From IMG/VR virus record IMGVR_UViG_3300037046_000058, positions 1-49,293 of that record: 49,293 nucleotides of DNA. One strand, given 5' to 3'. The notes beneath the pieces were generated by a model. That model did no database searches, was not told the DNA's origin, and worked only from the letters and a program-made list of their open reading frames with translations. The stretch is from a virus (lineage: Duplodnaviria > Caudoviricetes). Shown piece after piece: positions 9,983 through 20,543 of this stretch. Both the position numbers and the translations under genes were made by a program. Position 1 is the first letter of the stretch. Each line of letters opens with the position of its first letter.

Positions 9983-10999
9983 ATGACATTAGATACAGGT
10001 ACGGGAAGAGTAAGTAAATATTGCATGCAGGAAGAAAAAACACCGAAAGTATTAGGAACTGGATCAACAAAATTCTGGCTCAGGAGACGCAGGAATAGTT
10101 TCCAACCTATTCTTTCGTATGTTCCAACAAATATAGCATCTGCTTATGACGCTCAATCACAGTTGCTTGCTCTCACATCTGAAATCGGAATGAGCGATTT
10201 TGAAGTTGATATGAGAACATTCGGATGGTTATTGAAAGCGTTCTTTGGATCATATTCAAAGACTGGAAATGCAGAAACGGGATATACCCATACATTCGTT
10301 CCGGGTACTTCTGAAAAAACATTCCAGATCCTTGAAGATAAGGGAGGATTCTCATCACCTTATTATCGAAAATATCAGGGCATGTTCCCGAATCGTATAT
10401 CTCTGAATACGGGAATCAACGATTGGCTCTGGGCTTCTGTTGGATATCTTGGACTGGATGAAGATACTGGAACTGACCCTGGCACTCCTGCGCCTGAACA
10501 AACTGAATACTGTGCAGGATTCAACCAGATCACTTATTATGTCGGGACTGCGGGAGCGATAACCCTATCTGCGATGACACAATGGACGGATGCGTATGAT
10601 ATGCGCCTCGACCTGACAAGACCTGATGCTGTGGCTGACGACTATCGTTCTGACGGAACTGGAAAATCATCATCGATTTTCCCTGGAACATTCACACCTG
10701 CGATAAATTTGATGTCCCGTTTTGCATCAACTCACAAACTGACAACTTTTGATGCACGGGATAAAATAGCATTTGGATGCAAGATAGATACTGGGACTGA
10801 TATTGTCGCAGCAGGGCAACATTACCAACTTGATTTTATATTCCCTCGATGTACGCTCCAATCATATTCAGTTGATTTCCAGGGAACTGGGCAAAGTGTA
10901 CCCGTATTGAGTATCATCCCTGAAGTCGATCCCACAGCAACATGGAGCACAAAAGCGATTTTGTATAATAACATTGCTGATTACGTGAGCCCAACATAG
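9983..10999 (+). CDS. Phage tail tube protein (Phage_tube_2-like)
   Basis: FGWLLKAFFG…GYTHTF…TFQILEDKG…YRKYQGMFPNRISL and C-terminal LDFIFPRC…ILYN pattern typical of tail tube proteins. Confidence 0.75.
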   Translation: MTLDTGTGRVSKYCMQEEKTPKVLGTGSTKFWLRRRRNSFQPILSYVPTNIASAYDAQSQLLALTSEIGMSDFEVDMRTFGWLLKAFFGSYSKTGNAETGYTHTFVPGTSEKTFQILEDKGGFSSPYYRKYQGMFPNRISLNTGINDWLWASVGYLGLDEDTGTDPGTPAPEQTEYCAGFNQITYYVGTAGAITLSAMTQWTDAYDMRLDLTRPDAVADDYRSDGTGKSSSIFPGTFTPAINLMSRFASTHKLTTFDARDKIAFGCKIDTGTDIVAAGQHYQLDFIFPRCTLQSYSVDFQGTGQSVPVLSIIPEVDPTATWSTKAILYNNIADYVSPT

Positions 11000-11016
11000 G
11001 CTGAGGGGTCACATGA

Positions 11017-14000
11017 ATGAAATTTACCCCTAAATCTTTTGAAGAACCTTGGGAACCAAAGAAAATAGTTGGGAATACAGCATATTATTACAATTCTAAA
11101 ACAGGATTAACTCGGTCTGAATTCGTTCCTGCGAATGAATTATCAGAACGAAAAAAAGAATTTGCTGATTGGTTCAAAGTAACTTCGAAGTTCAGGAAAA
11201 GGACCCCATCAGGTCAGATAATCCTTGTCCGCAAAAAAGATTATACTAAACTCAGCCGTGACCCGCTGGCACCGTTTGACTATTCATATCTCTCTAAAAG
11301 AGAAGGAGTAGTTACACAGGTTCTTTCTGCGAACAGATTAGTAATCAATGGAGATTATGTAGTCACAGTTCCGGGTATCCAGATACCTTCTAAACGAAAT
11401 GATCCTGAAGAATGGCTGAAAGCTAAAAAATTCACTGAATCATTGGTTCAAGGGAAGCGGGTATATCTCGGCGTAAACATGAACAATCCTTATGCTGAGA
11501 ATGGGGACATTCTTGCATCAGTTGATTTTGATATGCCGCAGCCAAATCAACAGGATCAGGGATGGGGAATATTCGATTATCTCAACTTGTCAGGATATGC
11601 AATAGGCGCCGCAGCCAGAAATATTGCATCTGAGGGAAGTATCATGGGAAAGGCATCTATCGGTGATAGGTATGATCTTTCTGATACGTTCACATTCACT
11701 CGGTTTTATCATCAACTCATAGGGGATACAAAACAATTAAGTCCTACAAGTAGAGGCGAAACCGAGGGTGAATGGTATGAAAAGCTTGCAATAGATATTA
11801 TATTTGACCCTTTGAATTATATTTCTATTGGAACTAAAGGAATAGCATTGGGTGGACGGCGCATTCTAAAAGGTGCACGATATATGCGTCCTATATCTCT
11901 TGTGAAAAAAAGAGCAATTAAATGGGCGAACTCTTATGAAAGTCACATTCCTGTTGGCGGCGCAGGAAAAGCAGTAGATGTAATAAATAGAGAATGGCGC
12001 AGAGTAAATCTACTTCTTGAACCCGCATTCTATGCTGCCGTTGCCCAGTTGGATTTCTGGAATTCAATGCTTGCCGGGATAAATCCAATTCGGTATTTCA
12101 ATATTGATCCAATATTAAGAGGGGCTAAGAATCCTGCAATAAGAAAAACTCTTGCTCTCAGAGTTCCCGGCAAACCGGGTGGAGGATATACTTATCAGGA
12201 AATTGAAGCGTTCTTGAAAGAGTATCATCTCGGTGAAAGTACTATCGGGGATATTTCACGGAATCCATATCTTAGAGAAGGATTAGCAGAGAAAGTATGG
12301 AATCCATTATTGTCAATTGTGGCATGGCAATCATCACGAACACAAGGCGCATTATTTATTGATGGATTGAAGAAAGGTATGGATCCGGCGACAGCAGCGG
12401 AACGAGTCCGTCACTTTTTACCCTATGATCCTCGTTATCTGACCGCATTTGAGAAAGCATATCTTAACAGGATAATGCCTTATTACACACCAACAACACG
12501 CAACATAGCATTGCAGGTTGAACAATTACTGAAAACACCATATAAATATACCACTGTTGCTAAATGGCAGATACAACAGAGACAGTTTGCAGGAGAGGAT
12601 CAATTTAAAGATTATGAACGGGATACTATAATCCAGAAAATCGGTGATGGTAAATATGTAAAGTTGCGATTCCCGACTGAAGATCTAACTCAATTGCCTG
12701 GAAAATATGCATCTATCAGAAAAGGTTTTTTATCTTCAACATATCCGATATGGAATATATGGCCGGAATTATATGAAGATAAAAACTATTTTGATGATAC
12801 TACTCCTTCACTGAATATGCCTGATTACCTTTTGAAGAAATTCGTAAGCAGAGAATATTATGCTGTTCGTGATTGGCGTAACCCGAACATGCCCATATCA
12901 GAAAAGATATCAAAACATATCTTTGCTGTTGGACTTCTCGAACCCAATAATAGATTAAGTTATAAAAAGTCGTTGATTGATGCTGGATTCAGTCCTACGC
13001 AGGCAGAGCAGGATATTGCTAATACGATCCGCAGACAGGAAACGTTCAGGAAAAATGCTCTGGCTACTGTTGCGAAAGCACAGATACAAGCTGCATTACC
13101 TGAAGAGCAGCGAGATAGACCGGATAAATTAGAGCTTGGATGGGAAATGTTTCAGTATCCGCAATGGGGTTTATGGGGTTTTGTTTCCAATTTTGCAACA
13201 TTAGTACAGAGTGGGCGGATGGGAACAAAAGGTATTCTTGACAGGACCATGCCCACTGATTTATATCGAGCAAGTGATGCTTTGAAGATCATTGATAAAA
13301 TGACTTCTGGGGGTATGCCGCAGCCGACATATAATTTATTTGGACAGAATCTCAGGGATGTACGAAATTCGGTGGCGGATTTTGCTGAGGATTTTTTATT
13401 AGACCCGCTACTTGCTCTTGGATGGGCAGGGAAAATAGGGAGAGTTATTCTTGTCGGAGGCAAAACAAAAGTCCTCACCAAGGCAGGACAAGCAAAGTTC
13501 GCTAAATTAAATCCTGTTGTAGTTAGTGGGCGAGCAGAAGGATTGTATGGAAAACGAGCCGCTATTAGAATGGAAGCCGAAGCTAACATCAAATTTCTGA
13601 AGTATGCTGAAGAAACTCCAGGGGCTGCAAGGAAATTGATGGTATCCCCCGGATTCCAGATATTTGGAAGAACTGTTCTTACTCAGGATGCATTAAGAGC
13701 ATCAATAAGTACTCTTAAATTGCCTGTAACGCTTCCATTAAAAGGCGTAGGGATTCTTTCTAAAGAGATCATTGATACAATGGCTCCCGTTAAAAAATAT
13801 ATCGCTGAACGGGCTGGAGCGTCTGAAATACTTAAAACGAAATGGAAAGACGATTTCCAGAGACAGTATGATGAATGGTTTCAGAATACTAAGATGTTGA
13901 AAAAAGCATCCACGGTTGAAGTTCAACGCATGGAATCGCAGGCTAATATCAAATTAGGAATATGGACTAATGCAAAACGAATGCATAAGGCGGATCCATC

Positions 14001-15972
14001 ACATGGGTATTTTTATTATGCTTCAATGTTGTCAAAACAAACAGCAGTAAAACTGACTGATTTTGTGGAAATTGGAAAAGCAGATACATCAGCGCAGGGA
14101 GTTGTGGATGATATCACAAAAGAATTTGCACGTATGGCTAATGAAGAAATACCAAAAGGTCTTCTCAGCAAAACAAGAATGAATTATGTTGAGCATATCG
14201 TCCTTTCAAAATACAAATTCTTACAGGGATATACTGACCCTATCCTGAACAAGTTGCATATCAGGGCACCATTCGCAAAACATAGGGCGCATGATGCTAC
14301 CATTGCCGAATATAATGCAGAAGTAAAAGCGAAATATGGAACTGAAATATTTGAGACGAATATCTGGAAGATATTGAAAGTAAGAAAAGCGCAACACATT
14401 GAGGCAGTGGAAACATATGATTTCCTGAGACGAATAGCAGGAGAACAGGGCATATCCCGAACCTGGGAACCGTTTCTAAAGGGAACTTATGGAGTAAGCA
14501 GCAATCCAATAGTTCAGGATATTCTTCTTCCAATTGAAACTATCAGGGCAATAGATCGCATCTCGATACTCAGGGCACATACTTCACTGATTCACACCAA
14601 GCCGGGTATATTCAAAAACATCCTGGATAAATACGATTGGCTAACAAGTTTTTATAAACGCAATATTATACTTTTCAATCCTGGTTTTATTCCGAGAAAT
14701 ACGATCAGCTCACTTCATCAAAGTGTTATGGCTGGATTTTATGATGTTACGAAGTACTTACCACAAAGAGCAAATCAGGGTATTGCATTCGTTACTCGTG
14801 AAGGACGACAAGTCTATTCGTGGGAATTGAATCAATGGTATGATGAATACAAAGTTATTAACCAACCCGGTATGGCAGTGGCAGGGACACGGGAAATGGA
14901 TAATACTCTTGATAGACTTGGCGGCTTTCCCCGTTGGGCTACTATCCAGGTCGAGAACCTTATCAGAACACGATTATTCAATTCTAAAATAATGGAAGGT
15001 ATGACGCCTGCGCAGGCGGGACAATATGTTATTGATCATCATCTTGATTATACTAAGAAATATACGCCTGCTATGGCAATCGCATCAAGATTTATAATGT
15101 TTCCAACATGGACAACCGGTGCCCCTGTAATGGTTGGACGGAATATGGTTGAACGTCCCTGGCAATTCTCCATGACCTCTAAGGTAATTGATGCATGGAA
15201 TCAGCCATCAGATGAAATCATGTTGAAGTACAGACCCGAATCAATGAACCCTCATATGATGTTCAAAGTTCCTGGTACTGAGGATGCGTTCTATTCTCCT
15301 CCATTCGCGACATCTGAACTCATGGCATATCCTGTAATTCTTCGAACAAAAGAGTTTCAGTTTTATTGGGGCGAAGCTCTCAACAACCCGAATACGCTCA
15401 AGCGATTCGCAAGAGCGAATATTGAAATTGATTGGCTGAAACGCGGCGGCGGTAAGGCAACTGCAAAGAACGGCATAATCACTATTGAGTACATGACCAC
15501 AGGAGAAGTTATTAGAGCATATTTATCAGGACATAATACGCTTGTTTTCGTGGATGGAAATAATAATGCAGTAATACGGGAATTTGAAACAAGAGGTTAT
15601 GGTAACAAAACTGAGATTATCAAAGAAGGTGAGATTGTTAATGAACTCATGAAAAAGTATGTTTTCCCCTGGATATCCATACCTGTGAATGCATGGACTT
15701 CAGAGAAATATAAACCGCAATCTACTGGCAATCCGACTACTGATGCTTTGAATACCATTGTGCAATTAACAGGATTCGGAGCAATGCAGACGAATATACA
15801 GGATTTCATTGAAGAAGAAACTCCATTATGGGCTAAGATTATCGAGGTATTTGGATTAGGTATTGTCTGGTTTGCACATACTGGTGTGGGGATGGAACGA
15901 GAACCAGATAAGGAGGTTGTCAGACGAGCTACTGAATCAATCACTGGCAATTACAGGGGATGTGGTTTCTGA
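11017..15972 (+). CDS. Large (1651 aa) internal virion/ejection-like protein with an N-terminal SNase-like fold
   Basis: DPLNY/DPLLA, NPGFIPRN and GMxPAxA…(F/L)xY motifs typical of large phage polyvalent/ejection proteins; degenerate SNase fold at about aa 95-170. Confidence 0.6.
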   Translation: MKFTPKSFEEPWEPKKIVGNTAYYYNSKTGLTRSEFVPANELSERKKEFADWFKVTSKFRKRTPSGQIILVRKKDYTKLSRDPLAPFDYSYLSKREGVVTQVLSANRLVINGDYVVTVPGIQIPSKRNDPEEWLKAKKFTESLVQGKRVYLGVNMNNPYAENGDILASVDFDMPQPNQQDQGWGIFDYLNLSGYAIGAAARNIASEGSIMGKASIGDRYDLSDTFTFTRFYHQLIGDTKQLSPTSRGETEGEWYEKLAIDIIFDPLNYISIGTKGIALGGRRILKGARYMRPISLVKKRAIKWANSYESHIPVGGAGKAVDVINREWRRVNLLLEPAFYAAVAQLDFWNSMLAGINPIRYFNIDPILRGAKNPAIRKTLALRVPGKPGGGYTYQEIEAFLKEYHLGESTIGDISRNPYLREGLAEKVWNPLLSIVAWQSSRTQGALFIDGLKKGMDPATAAERVRHFLPYDPRYLTAFEKAYLNRIMPYYTPTTRNIALQVEQLLKTPYKYTTVAKWQIQQRQFAGEDQFKDYERDTIIQKIGDGKYVKLRFPTEDLTQLPGKYASIRKGFLSSTYPIWNIWPELYEDKNYFDDTTPSLNMPDYLLKKFVSREYYAVRDWRNPNMPISEKISKHIFAVGLLEPNNRLSYKKSLIDAGFSPTQAEQDIANTIRRQETFRKNALATVAKAQIQAALPEEQRDRPDKLELGWEMFQYPQWGLWGFVSNFATLVQSGRMGTKGILDRTMPTDLYRASDALKIIDKMTSGGMPQPTYNLFGQNLRDVRNSVADFAEDFLLDPLLALGWAGKIGRVILVGGKTKVLTKAGQAKFAKLNPVVVSGRAEGLYGKRAAIRMEAEANIKFLKYAEETPGAARKLMVSPGFQIFGRTVLTQDALRASISTLKLPVTLPLKGVGILSKEIIDTMAPVKKYIAERAGASEILKTKWKDDFQRQYDEWFQNTKMLKKASTVEVQRMESQANIKLGIWTNAKRMHKADPSHGYFYYASMLSKQTAVKLTDFVEIGKADTSAQGVVDDITKEFARMANEEIPKGLLSKTRMNYVEHIVLSKYKFLQGYTDPILNKLHIRAPFAKHRAHDATIAEYNAEVKAKYGTEIFETNIWKILKVRKAQHIEAVETYDFLRRIAGEQGISRTWEPFLKGTYGVSSNPIVQDILLPIETIRAIDRISILRAHTSLIHTKPGIFKNILDKYDWLTSFYKRNIILFNPGFIPRNTISSLHQSVMAGFYDVTKYLPQRANQGIAFVTREGRQVYSWELNQWYDEYKVINQPGMAVAGTREMDNTLDRLGGFPRWATIQVENLIRTRLFNSKIMEGMTPAQAGQYVIDHHLDYTKKYTPAMAIASRFIMFPTWTTGAPVMVGRNMVERPWQFSMTSKVIDAWNQPSDEIMLKYRPESMNPHMMFKVPGTEDAFYSPPFATSELMAYPVILRTKEFQFYWGEALNNPNTLKRFARANIEIDWLKRGGGKATAKNGIITIEYMTTGEVIRAYLSGHNTLVFVDGNNNAVIREFETRGYGNKTEIIKEGEIVNELMKKYVFPWISIPVNAWTSEKYKPQSTGNPTTDALNTIVQLTGFGAMQTNIQDFIEEETPLWAKIIEVFGLGIVWFAHTGVGMEREPDKEVVRRATESITGNYRGCGF

Positions 15973-16033
15973 TGAATAACTATTTTATCTATAAAATCAA
16001 TATTAAGGTCATGCTACGTTTGAGGCGATCATA

Positions 16034-18067
16034 ATGCCGGTGGACTATGACATTAAGTGTTACTTCACGCCGAATTATACACCTGGATTTGGAGCGACAC
16101 AGGGATGGAAAAGACCGTATGAGTTAGCTTATCTCAACCTGGGCGGGGCTAATGATACACTTCCAGAAATTCATCAATACATCCCAGGGCAGAGGTTTGA
16201 GAATGGATTGCGTGCACCAATATCTCGAATCGAAATAACAAAACATCTCATTCAGGGTTCTGTTGCCATAATCGTGATTGAATCAAAGAGTGACAGGGAC
16301 TTTTTTGAGATATCAGATAACGAAATTACTATAGGTTCCCCTCCAGTACATATAGGGCACATGATGCCTCGTATGAAGTATCCTTATCGAACATGGGAAA
16401 TTAATCTGAAAGGTAAAGATGATGCTGACTTTCCTACAACTCCTATGTTCAGGGGGGTGAGAACAAGGATATTATCGAATGCAATCGGAAATAAAAAAAT
16501 CACAGCCGTACAGGATAAATTAATTCGGTGGGCTTTAGAGTTCCAAAGTCCAGAACGGTTCATGCTGCAGGATAACATGGGCGTTTCTGTATGGTATCAG
16601 AGAGAAAATAAAAACAAAGATACGTACCATCTTTCTTTTGATACTGATCAGCACATCACATTTGCCACAGCCATAAATCGCATAGTTGCATGGATGAATA
16701 AAAGCAGACCTACTACAGATTCACCAGGATTGTTTACTTTTCCATCAACATCATCACCATACAATGCTGCGCCATACACCAATTATCTTGATGCTGTGAC
16801 ATTCACGCCGCCTATGAAAATTGTAGATTGTGAACAATCATCTACATGGGAAATATTAACATCACTTTTGAATCATATGGGTGCAGTGGAAGGACTGCTT
16901 AAGAAATATGTGCCTACATGCAGCATAGATAGAGTAATTGAAGTTGTGCAGGGTGGTTTTGATAAAACCGAACCTGCATATACTGACTTCACAACTCACG
17001 AATCAATTCAGGAAAGCGAAGATAAAACGCTTGCTATTGATTTCACAAAAATAAGAGTAGCATACACAGGAACAAACGATGCTGAATATTGGCTAAAATT
17101 TTCATTACAGAAATGGAACGGTTCAAGTTGGGATACGATTATAACCAGACCATCAACAGGATATGAATATGTGACTTATGAACCGCTTAATACACATTCA
17201 TATAAAGATTTTGTATTTGAAAAACAGGTTGCAGGACGGTATAAATGGATTGCTGATTTAGTTACTGCAGGAAGTTTCGTTATCAGTGCTTATGATAGTT
17301 TTGCTGCTACAGCACCGGCATATTCGCTATTGGCATCCAATTCAGAAGTTGATGTAACACAATTAAGAACGTTCGTAATGACAAGAGGGATGTGCCGTTA
17401 TTATAATATGTTCACAGAAGGAGCGACATGCCCAGATTATTATGCGGGTCAGTGCCCTCAGCAATGGGGATTGTATCCTGACCCAATAACTTCAACTACT
17501 GTTGCTCTTACAGGAACACTGACTTTTACGGTGGAGAGCCCAAGTGTCGCAGGAGTTGGAACGTCTTTCACTACTGAATTATCTGTAGGTGATCTGATAA
17601 AACCCAATTACGGAACTACTTATCATGAAGTTACCTCTATTGAGAGTAATACAGCCCTGACGCTTACGAGTTCTTTTTTTGACGATTGTGTAAATACTGC
17701 TTTTTCTCAGGCTAGTGTAAAATCCGGTTCAACTGCATCTAATGAAGTTGTTCATCCAGTTTATGGTTTGATTTCAGGTGCGCCGCTTAATTATAATAAT
17801 GTATCCAATACAGGAACATGGAATACTAAATGCAGGCTTATCAGTAAAAAAATGTATAACTGCGCCATGAATACCGATACCAGCATTCGTGAACCTATTA
17901 ATGTTCACCTTGAATTCGTTGATGGATGGACGACTGATCTTGTTGGAAAGTATCTGGAATATTATGATTTGAATCTGGATGAACCAATAATATTCCGGTG
18001 TTTTCAGCAGAAACATATATTGCAGGGACGGAGATTGACTACAGAAATAGATGGGTTCAGGGTATGA
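16034..18067 (+). CDS. Putative tail/baseplate structural protein
   Basis: Position in the tail module; GTLTFTVESPSVAGVGTSFTTELSVGDLI motif common in tail proteins. Confidence 0.5.
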   Translation: MPVDYDIKCYFTPNYTPGFGATQGWKRPYELAYLNLGGANDTLPEIHQYIPGQRFENGLRAPISRIEITKHLIQGSVAIIVIESKSDRDFFEISDNEITIGSPPVHIGHMMPRMKYPYRTWEINLKGKDDADFPTTPMFRGVRTRILSNAIGNKKITAVQDKLIRWALEFQSPERFMLQDNMGVSVWYQRENKNKDTYHLSFDTDQHITFATAINRIVAWMNKSRPTTDSPGLFTFPSTSSPYNAAPYTNYLDAVTFTPPMKIVDCEQSSTWEILTSLLNHMGAVEGLLKKYVPTCSIDRVIEVVQGGFDKTEPAYTDFTTHESIQESEDKTLAIDFTKIRVAYTGTNDAEYWLKFSLQKWNGSSWDTIITRPSTGYEYVTYEPLNTHSYKDFVFEKQVAGRYKWIADLVTAGSFVISAYDSFAATAPAYSLLASNSEVDVTQLRTFVMTRGMCRYYNMFTEGATCPDYYAGQCPQQWGLYPDPITSTTVALTGTLTFTVESPSVAGVGTSFTTELSVGDLIKPNYGTTYHEVTSIESNTALTLTSSFFDDCVNTAFSQASVKSGSTASNEVVHPVYGLISGAPLNYNNVSNTGTWNTKCRLISKKMYNCAMNTDTSIREPINVHLEFVDGWTTDLVGKYLEYYDLNLDEPIIFRCFQQKHILQGRRLTTEIDGFRV

Positions 18068-19496
18068 TATTATGGTAATAAGTTCAGGGGAAAAACCACT
18101 GACCGAACTGATTCGGCGTTTGGTTAGAGAAGAATTGAAACGAAAAGAGACAACAGGCAGTGGTGGGAATACGCTCATTAGTAGTGAAAAGGATTTGCAT
18201 CTGGTTACACGTGGAACTCATAAAGCATATTATAATGGTGTTGAGATAGGCACTGGCGGCGGCGGTGCAGTAACCTCGGTCTTCGGAAGAACCGGGGCGA
18301 TCACGGCAGTTAATACTGATTATGATGATTATTATTTATTATTGACAGGCGGAACGCTAACTGGAAATTTATACATTAATAAGGCACAACCTAGCATTAA
18401 CTTACAGGTTGCTGGTGTAGCAAAATCATGGCTTTTTTGGGATACAGATACGATTCTTGATTCTTACGCAGGAAACTTAATTTACAACGTACCTACTGGA
18501 AGCAATCATATATTCAAGGAGAATAGTGTCGCCGTATTTCAGTTTGGTGCGGCAGGTGCAACATTTACACAACCGACATCTGTTGCGATATATCTAAATA
18601 CTGATGCAACAAGAGCATCGTTGATAGCAGGAGCTAGTTATGTTGATTTGCTCGCATCTACAGGCTCCTTGAGATTGACGGCACAAACTAGTGGAAAATC
18701 CATTATATTTGATACACTCTCAGGTACTAGATTGACCATCGCAAATGCAGTAATCACTGCTGATGTTCCGTTATCTATGAACTCACATCAGATAACAGAA
18801 CTTACGGCTGGCGATACTTCGCATCATGCAATACGATATGATCAAGTTGTTGGAGTATATCTTCCATTAACTGGTGGAACTTTAACGAATGATTTGATAA
18901 TCAAAGATGCTACACCGTTTTTGTATTTCACGAGTGATGCCGATGCCGCGTTGGGGAGTATCGGTTCTACTGGTGCGGGACTCTATTTAAAGAACGATGT
19001 GGACTCTGGTTCGATCTATATTCAGACTGGTTCAGGTGCAGGAACAACTAGAATACAGGTTTATGATACTGGTGTGGCTCTTGGTGTTCCTCTGGTTATG
19101 GGTTCAAATGCTATCACAACAAGCAGTACAGTAGATGGTGTTGATGTAAGCACAATACCTAGTACATATCTTGCTCTGGCTGGTGGTGCAATGACGGGAG
19201 ATGTATCATTCACAGATGGGACTGGAATTGACCTGAGAAATGATAATATACATAAGATAAGTTATGCAAGTGGAAGTAACAGCATGGACATATCGAGTTA
19301 TACTATCATCAATCTAAGGACAACAGTGGATTCAAATACTCCATTGAGTGCGGCTTCTGATGGTGTGCGACTTGGTGAGGCTCTGTTTTTCAGGAAGAAT
19401 CAGGCATCTGACACGGTGTATATTACTGATGATGCCTCCGCAAATATGGAGTTTCATGTAGGAACTGGAAAAGTGTTCGAGTTTATAGTGGATTAA
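18051..19496 (+). CDS. Tail fibre protein
   Basis: VTSVFGRTGAI motif and three YLxLxGGxxT repeats; Gly/Thr-rich; no signal peptide. Alternative start at ATG 18072. Confidence 0.75.
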   Translation: MGSGYDIMVISSGEKPLTELIRRLVREELKRKETTGSGGNTLISSEKDLHLVTRGTHKAYYNGVEIGTGGGGAVTSVFGRTGAITAVNTDYDDYYLLLTGGTLTGNLYINKAQPSINLQVAGVAKSWLFWDTDTILDSYAGNLIYNVPTGSNHIFKENSVAVFQFGAAGATFTQPTSVAIYLNTDATRASLIAGASYVDLLASTGSLRLTAQTSGKSIIFDTLSGTRLTIANAVITADVPLSMNSHQITELTAGDTSHHAIRYDQVVGVYLPLTGGTLTNDLIIKDATPFLYFTSDADAALGSIGSTGAGLYLKNDVDSGSIYIQTGSGAGTTRIQVYDTGVALGVPLVMGSNAITTSSTVDGVDVSTIPSTYLALAGGAMTGDVSFTDGTGIDLRNDNIHKISYASGSNSMDISSYTIINLRTTVDSNTPLSAASDGVRLGEALFFRKNQASDTVYITDDASANMEFHVGTGKVFEFIVD

Positions 19497-19548
19497 TCAA
19501 TGACAAATAATTATAAAAATAAAAATAGTTTTGTGGTGAGTGCTTAAT

Positions 19549-20265
19549 ATGTCTGTTGGCGGGTATGGATGTTCTGATGGAAACGGTGGATATCGAACAG
19601 ATATAACTCAAACTTTTTTAGATATTATTAATACAATTGATTCAAATGGAGATATTAACTCTTGGTGTATTTATTTAACTGAGGGAAGTCCATCAACTTC
19701 TGCACGACTAATTATTTTGCGTTCAAATGGCTCAAATTATGATATTGTGGGATATTCTGCACAAGAAACAATAATTACATCAGGGCTACATACATTTAGT
19801 TTAAGCTCCCCTATTACAGTTCAGACCGGAGACATAATTGCATTCTCTTTAACTGCACACACACCCTATTTTTATTTTAGATTTACAACTGGTGGAAGCG
19901 ATACTATATACCAAATAGGTCAGGACGTTATCACTACAACTGCAAAAACTGATTGGGTAACTTATAACACATTGTCTGGGGGGGGCAATGCAACTCAACT
20001 AAGAGTTCATGTTTCATCTGATATAAATAATGTGTATATTGATATTAATAGAGCGGACGATACGGGTGATGGATTGTCTTGGGCAACTGCAAAGAAAACC
20101 ATGAAAGCAGGATGGGATATTCTCAATGCGTTAGGTACTATGCATGTCGCTTCGGGCGATTACTCTGCACAGACAAGACCAACTTACAACAAGTCATGGA
20201 AATTAAGCCCCGAAGATCCGAATGGGTTGGGATATAAAATTGTGAAGATACCACCATCTGCATGA
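19549..20265 (+). CDS. Fibre-associated beta protein with a C-terminal DUF1565/beta-helix-cap-like motif
   Basis: GGTGAG RBS before ATG 19549; VYID…DDTGDGLSWATAKKT…HVASGDY motif. Confidence 0.55.
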   Translation: MSVGGYGCSDGNGGYRTDITQTFLDIINTIDSNGDINSWCIYLTEGSPSTSARLIILRSNGSNYDIVGYSAQETIITSGLHTFSLSSPITVQTGDIIAFSLTAHTPYFYFRFTTGGSDTIYQIGQDVITTTAKTDWVTYNTLSGGGNATQLRVHVSSDINNVYIDINRADDTGDGLSWATAKKTMKAGWDILNALGTMHVASGDYSAQTRPTYNKSWKLSPEDPNGLGYKIVKIPPSA

Positions 20266-20543
20266 TGCCAAAGTATAAATCAAATCAGATACAATTAAAC
20301 CATATGGCACTCGAAGAACTGCAAGTTAATTTACTGAAACTCAAGGCACGGGAACTTGAGTTAATAAAGGAAAGTGAAGCTAACCACGATTCGTTAATGA
20401 TTGCGCTCGGCGAAGTCCGGGGATATACCATGTGCCTTCAGGAGGTTGAAACCAAGATCAGGGCAGAACTCGAAACCAAGATCAGGGCAGAACTCGAAAC
20501 CAAGATCAGGGCAAAACTCGAAGCGAACAAACCGAAGAAATGA
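20262..20543 (+). CDS. Small coiled-coil protein
   Basis: Heptad-rich 93-aa ORF with ATGA couplings at both ends. Confidence 0.65.
   Translation: MMPKYKSNQIQLNHMALEELQVNLLKLKARELELIKESEANHDSLMIALGEVRGYTMCLQEVETKIRAELETKIRAELETKIRAKLEANKPKK
20448..20519 (+). repeat. 3 x 24-bp tandem repeat GAAACCAAGATCAGGGCAGAACTC
   Basis: Two perfect copies and one with a single mismatch; encodes ETKIRAEL. Confidence 0.95.

Noticed and set aside
10997-11020. TAG (pyrrolysine) readthrough or frameshift joining the tail tube gene to the giant ORF
   Set aside because: An in-frame TGA follows within seven codons, and no slippery heptamer is evident.
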